Source: Candidatus Poribacteria bacterium (lineage in GTDB: Bacteria > Poribacteria > WGA-4E > JAJDTR01). From it: a DNA stretch of 64,000 bases. The stretch's first letter is position 1. Every line of letters begins with the position of its first letter. The stretch covers positions 6,015,140 through 6,079,139 of the forward strand of contig OZ242354.1 of assembly GCA_965208765.1 (NCBI GenBank), read 5' to 3'. Positions 60,845 to 64,000 of the stretch are shown here, in pieces. Made by a program: the position numbers and the translations under genes. Under the pieces are notes generated by a model. It made no database searches. It had not been told where the DNA came from and saw only the letters and a list, made by a program, of their open reading frames with translations.

Positions 60845-62056
60845 ATGTTTGACAGCCTAACTGAGCTCCGTGAAAAAATATACTTGGGAGAGGATTCGAC
60901 AATCGAATTCAAGAGAGAGTTGCCCGAACGAAAAGAACTCTCCGATGAGATGGCGGCTTTCGCTAACGACCGTGGCGGGGTGATACTCATCGGTGTTGAA
61001 GATAACGGCGGCATCGTCGGGATTGATCGCGAGAGCTTGGACAGGGTTGAGAAAACGGTGGTTGAGATATGCCAAGACAGCATCGATCCGCCGGTCCACA
61101 TTGTGACGGAGAAGTTGTGCATTGACGGGAAGAACCTGATAAAAATTGATGTGTCTCGCACCCCGTTTGTGCATCGATCAGCCAACGGTTATTTCATCCG
61201 TCAGGGCAGCACCAAGAGAGAGATGACCACCGAGCAGTTAGGGCGATTGTTACAAAATCGTTCGCAAGTGCATCGTATGGCTTTTGATGAACAGTTCGTG
61301 CCGAATACTCACAGAGACACATTGAGCAGATCGCTTTATCAGCGGTTTATAACCCCTGGCGTGGCTGAAGGCGAAGAGGAGAACCTGCTCCTTAAGAGGC
61401 GGTTGCTTGTCAAAGAAGATGGGAATTACCGAGCCTCCGTCGCCGGGGTGTTGATGTGTCATCAGAGTCCCGATGATTACCTCTATAACAGTTTCATTCA
61501 GGCGGTCTATTACAATGACGTGGAAAAGGATGCTAACTACCAGATTGACGCCAAGGATTTCAAGGGACCGCTGGATGAACAAATTGTGGACGCCTTCAAA
61601 TTCGTTGAAAAGCATAACCAAGTATCCGCACGGAAGGAGATTGGCAGAATCGAGCGAGCACAGTACAGCATGAGAGCCGTTTTTGAGGCAATCGTTAATG
61701 CCGTCGTGCACAGAGATTACTCAAAAACCGGTTCCAAGATTCGCCTGTTTATGTTTGCGAATCGGCTGGAGCTCTACTCCCCCGGCGCCTTGGCAAACAC
61801 CTTGACCGTGGAAGATCTGCCCTATAACCAAGCGACCCGTAATGAACTCCTCGCCCGGTTGCTTTCGGAAACGACGCTTGAGGACCATCTGGAAGTGAAG
61901 ACAACTCGACGCCATTTTTTGGAACGCCGCGGCGAAGGCGTCGGTATCATTCTGAACGAGAGTGAGAAACTGAGCGGTAAGACGCCGCTGTACGAGGTGT
62001 TTGGCGAAGAATTACGCTTGACCATCTTCGCGGCGGAATCCTTGCAGAAAGTATAG
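60845..62056 (+). CDS. AlbA_2 (Schlafen-like) domain plus HATPase_c_4-like protein
   Basis: GEDSTIEFK, AAFANDRGGVILIGVEDNG, EAIVNAVVHRDYS, YSPGAL, LERRGEGV. Confidence 0.85.
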   Translation: MFDSLTELREKIYLGEDSTIEFKRELPERKELSDEMAAFANDRGGVILIGVEDNGGIVGIDRESLDRVEKTVVEICQDSIDPPVHIVTEKLCIDGKNLIKIDVSRTPFVHRSANGYFIRQGSTKREMTTEQLGRLLQNRSQVHRMAFDEQFVPNTHRDTLSRSLYQRFITPGVAEGEEENLLLKRRLLVKEDGNYRASVAGVLMCHQSPDDYLYNSFIQAVYYNDVEKDANYQIDAKDFKGPLDEQIVDAFKFVEKHNQVSARKEIGRIERAQYSMRAVFEAIVNAVVHRDYSKTGSKIRLFMFANRLELYSPGALANTLTVEDLPYNQATRNELLARLLSETTLEDHLEVKTTRRHFLERRGEGVGIILNESEKLSGKTPLYEVFGEELRLTIFAAESLQKV

Positions 62057-62075
62057 ACCCGGAAGGATTACCACC

Positions 62076-62663
62076 ATGAACGAAACCCGCGCCTCAACCC
62101 ACTCCCCCGCCCAACCGCAAATGACGCTCCTCGGATACAAAGAGCTAAGCGCCTGGAACGAGTCCGACCTCCGAACCGTGACCCTATTCGACATAATCTT
62201 CCTGCCCCTCACCATGGGTTCTTGGGCGTTGTCATTGGCAAGAGCCGCGCCTTCATTCGTGTATGTGTACATCGTCACCTGGCTGCTGCTGACGTTCTGG
62301 GTGTTCTTGACAAGCCGTTGCAAGAGCAGAATGGCCGAAAGATTCCGCTTGATGAAGGGGATGGAAGCCGATTTGGATATCCCCGCTCATAGCCGCGTAT
62401 CCGGGTATCCCGGAACGCCAAACGGCATCAGGCTGAGATGGTCCTTTTACATCGTAGCCGTTGTCCTGGGCGCCGCCGAAGCCGTACTTAGCGCTCAGCG
62501 CTTCAGTCGAATTTCCGCAGAGTTCCTCGAAGCCGGTCTGCCAATCATGCCCGCCATCCATCCCCAAGTAGTCGCTGTGCTGCTTGGGCTATGCGGCGTC
62601 GGTTTTTGGATCCGTTTTTCAGTGTCTCGCAGGCGGAGCGGTCGAGATAAAAACGGACAATAG
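62076..62663 (+). CDS. Hypothetical 4-TM membrane protein
   Basis: 195 aa with four hydrophobic segments; starts 20 nt after the AlbA_2 gene; AAGGA RBS. Confidence 0.6.
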   Translation: MNETRASTHSPAQPQMTLLGYKELSAWNESDLRTVTLFDIIFLPLTMGSWALSLARAAPSFVYVYIVTWLLLTFWVFLTSRCKSRMAERFRLMKGMEADLDIPAHSRVSGYPGTPNGIRLRWSFYIVAVVLGAAEAVLSAQRFSRISAEFLEAGLPIMPAIHPQVVAVLLGLCGVGFWIRFSVSRRRSGRDKNGQ

Positions 62664-62740
62664 TCGTGCTCTCCGCGCCGCGCGAAATCCGAGTCCTCAT
62701 GAACCGCGAGCCGCAGCCAACCGTCCAACCGGAATGTCGC

Positions 62741-62769
62741 TTGACAACTTTACAAATGTGTAGTACAAT
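62741..62769 (+). promoter_or_regulatory. Orphan sigma70 promoter
   Basis: TTGACA-ACTTTACAAATGTGTAG-TACAAT; no credible downstream ORF. Confidence 0.65.
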
Positions 62770-63092
62770 CAGGGCACTTTTGCAGACGTATTCCCGAAGA
62801 AAACCCCAAAAGAACACCCCCAAGACTACGGATCGATCTTCAGCTATCAAGCGAGTGAATAACGAGATCAAGCGAACGGATAGATCAAGTGACTGAATAA
62901 GGAACGCGATAGAAATCCCAGCGCGATAGAGTTCCCATGGAACTCCCTAATCCTTTAATCTGCGCGAATCCGCGATTCAGACGATCATAGCGGTTTGGGA
63001 TGTGGCTTAACACGCGTGGAGAGGGGAATAGGAAACTGGAAGGAGTTGTAGCGGAGACTGTTCACACCTTACTGATTTAGGTGTGTTCGGAT

Positions 63093-63635
63093 TTATTGAA
63101 GAGCGGTGTCGCGTTCAATTTCGGCAGGATTCATGACACGGTGGGCGATTTCGTGCTTGATGTTTTCCGCAACGTCGTTTTCATCAGGGGAGGACATGAC
63201 GGATTCATGCAGGAGTGTCGTAGTCCGCGAGTTAGCGTCCGCTTCCGTCACGCGGGGATTGTAGGCGCTCCAGAGGTTATAACAGGCTCGGTGGAAATAC
63301 GTAAGGGCGCGATCGTTATCGCCGCTCTGGTAATATGCCAGTGTCCGGTAAATATGAACCATTGAATCGGCGGGATTCAGTTCCAATACGGTGTTATAGT
63401 CCTCCACCGCGCTGTCATACTGTTTGAGTGAGTGGTGGACTAGCCCTCGCATCAGGTAAACTTGCGGGGCAAGTTTGCTATTCTTGCCTTGGGCTTCAAT
63501 TATACTCTCAAGATCAAGCAAGAATGCGAGGTTGTCGTGATCTTTTTCGTATTCCTCCAGTACCACCTGAAAGAAGGTCACGGCTTCTTCATAATCGGCA
63601 AGTTCCTCGACCAGATAGTCTCTATATTTTCTCAT
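63093..63635 (-). CDS. Addiction-module antidote N-terminal domain fused to TPR repeats
   Basis: MRKYRDYLVEELADYEEA...FLLDLESIIEAQG, then YLMRGLVHHSLKQYDSAVEDYNTVLELNP; GGAG RBS; overlaps the toxin stop. Confidence 0.75.
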   Translation of the reverse strand: MRKYRDYLVEELADYEEAVTFFQVVLEEYEKDHDNLAFLLDLESIIEAQGKNSKLAPQVYLMRGLVHHSLKQYDSAVEDYNTVLELNPADSMVHIYRTLAYYQSGDNDRALTYFHRACYNLWSAYNPRVTEADANSRTTTLLHESVMSSPDENDVAENIKHEIAHRVMNPAEIERDTALQ

Positions 63636-63963
63636 TTTGGTTCTCCGCATATTCCGCCCAACAAATCTTTGCATTTTGAATGTCCTTCTGCTGCGAAGAT
63701 TTGTCACCGCCGCCGAGTAGCAGGATGATGGTGTTACCCACTTTTCCGAAATAGATTCGGTAGCCAATCCTAAAACGAAGTTCAAACACGCCCGGTGCAA
63801 TCTGCTTGCAATCACCAAGATTGCCCGCTTCAACACGACTGAGCCGCGTCTGAATCCGTTTTCGCGCGGTTTTATCTGGGAGTGAGATAAGCCATTTTGT
63901 AAAAGGTTCTTGCCCCCTTCGATTACGAAAGATTCGTAACTCTCTGGGCTGTGTTTCATTCAA
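63622..63963 (-). CDS. RelE/HigB-superfamily toxin (addiction module killer protein)
   Basis: PFTKWL.SL.D..ARKRI..RL.RV..GNLGD.K...GVFELRF..GYRIYF...LLLGGGDKSSQ..DI..A. Confidence 0.9.
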   Translation of the reverse strand: MNETQPRELRIFRNRRGQEPFTKWLISLPDKTARKRIQTRLSRVEAGNLGDCKQIAPGVFELRFRIGYRIYFGKVGNTIILLLGGGDKSSQQKDIQNAKICWAEYAENQNEKI

Positions 63964-64000
63964 CTTGCAAGTAACCTTTCAGTGATTTACGCCAGCATGG

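Noticed and set aside
62846-62937. Possible CRISPR mini-array
   Set aside because: Units are abutting, variable in length and lack unique spacers; no cas genes are present.
63636-63959. N-terminal 108 codons of the 288-aa ORF
   Set aside because: They overlap the toxin gene in another frame; the true start is ATG 63635 with its RBS.

Overview
This 64-kb bacterial window most resembles Candidatus Poribacteria. That is an inference from the many secreted LamG and Kelch proteins ending in a shared V-x-P-x-x-K-x-[AST]-[TV]-[TV]-W-G-x-[IVL]-K tail, plus PhyH, DUF6785-like membrane proteins and TPR proteins. It has five parts. (1) 0.4-16 kb: LamG and Kelch surface proteins and sugar-acid/carbohydrate catabolic genes. 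(2) 16.5-25 kb: a tandem array of 7 intact LamG paralogs and 2 remnants that look mosaic, behind a perfect sigma70 promoter. (3) 25-33.5 kb: TPR, PhyH, oxidoreductase, cupin, class A PBP and an XRE regulator. (4) 34.3-46.6 kb: an unexplained six-gene operon, the best candidate for an undescribed system. It encodes a ~2,470-aa protein (LysM, Ca-binding-like repeats, a nicastrin/nicalin-like inactive M28 domain and an FtsX/MacB permease), a small membrane protein, an OPT-like membrane protein, a hypothetical protein, a PqqD/RRE protein and an ABC ATPase. It converges on groESL, which has a sigma54 promoter. (5) 51.7-64 kb: a defence island with a type IIG restriction-modification gene split by an IS630 element, a Pycsar pair (cNMP-TIR plus cyclase) coupled to an FRG-TPR gene, an AlbA_2 protein, and a RelE toxin whose antitoxin has TPRs in place of its HTH. 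Intergenic DNA carries several REP/MITE families and orphan promoters. No rRNA, tRNA or CRISPR array was recognised. All calls are by eye and no searches were run.
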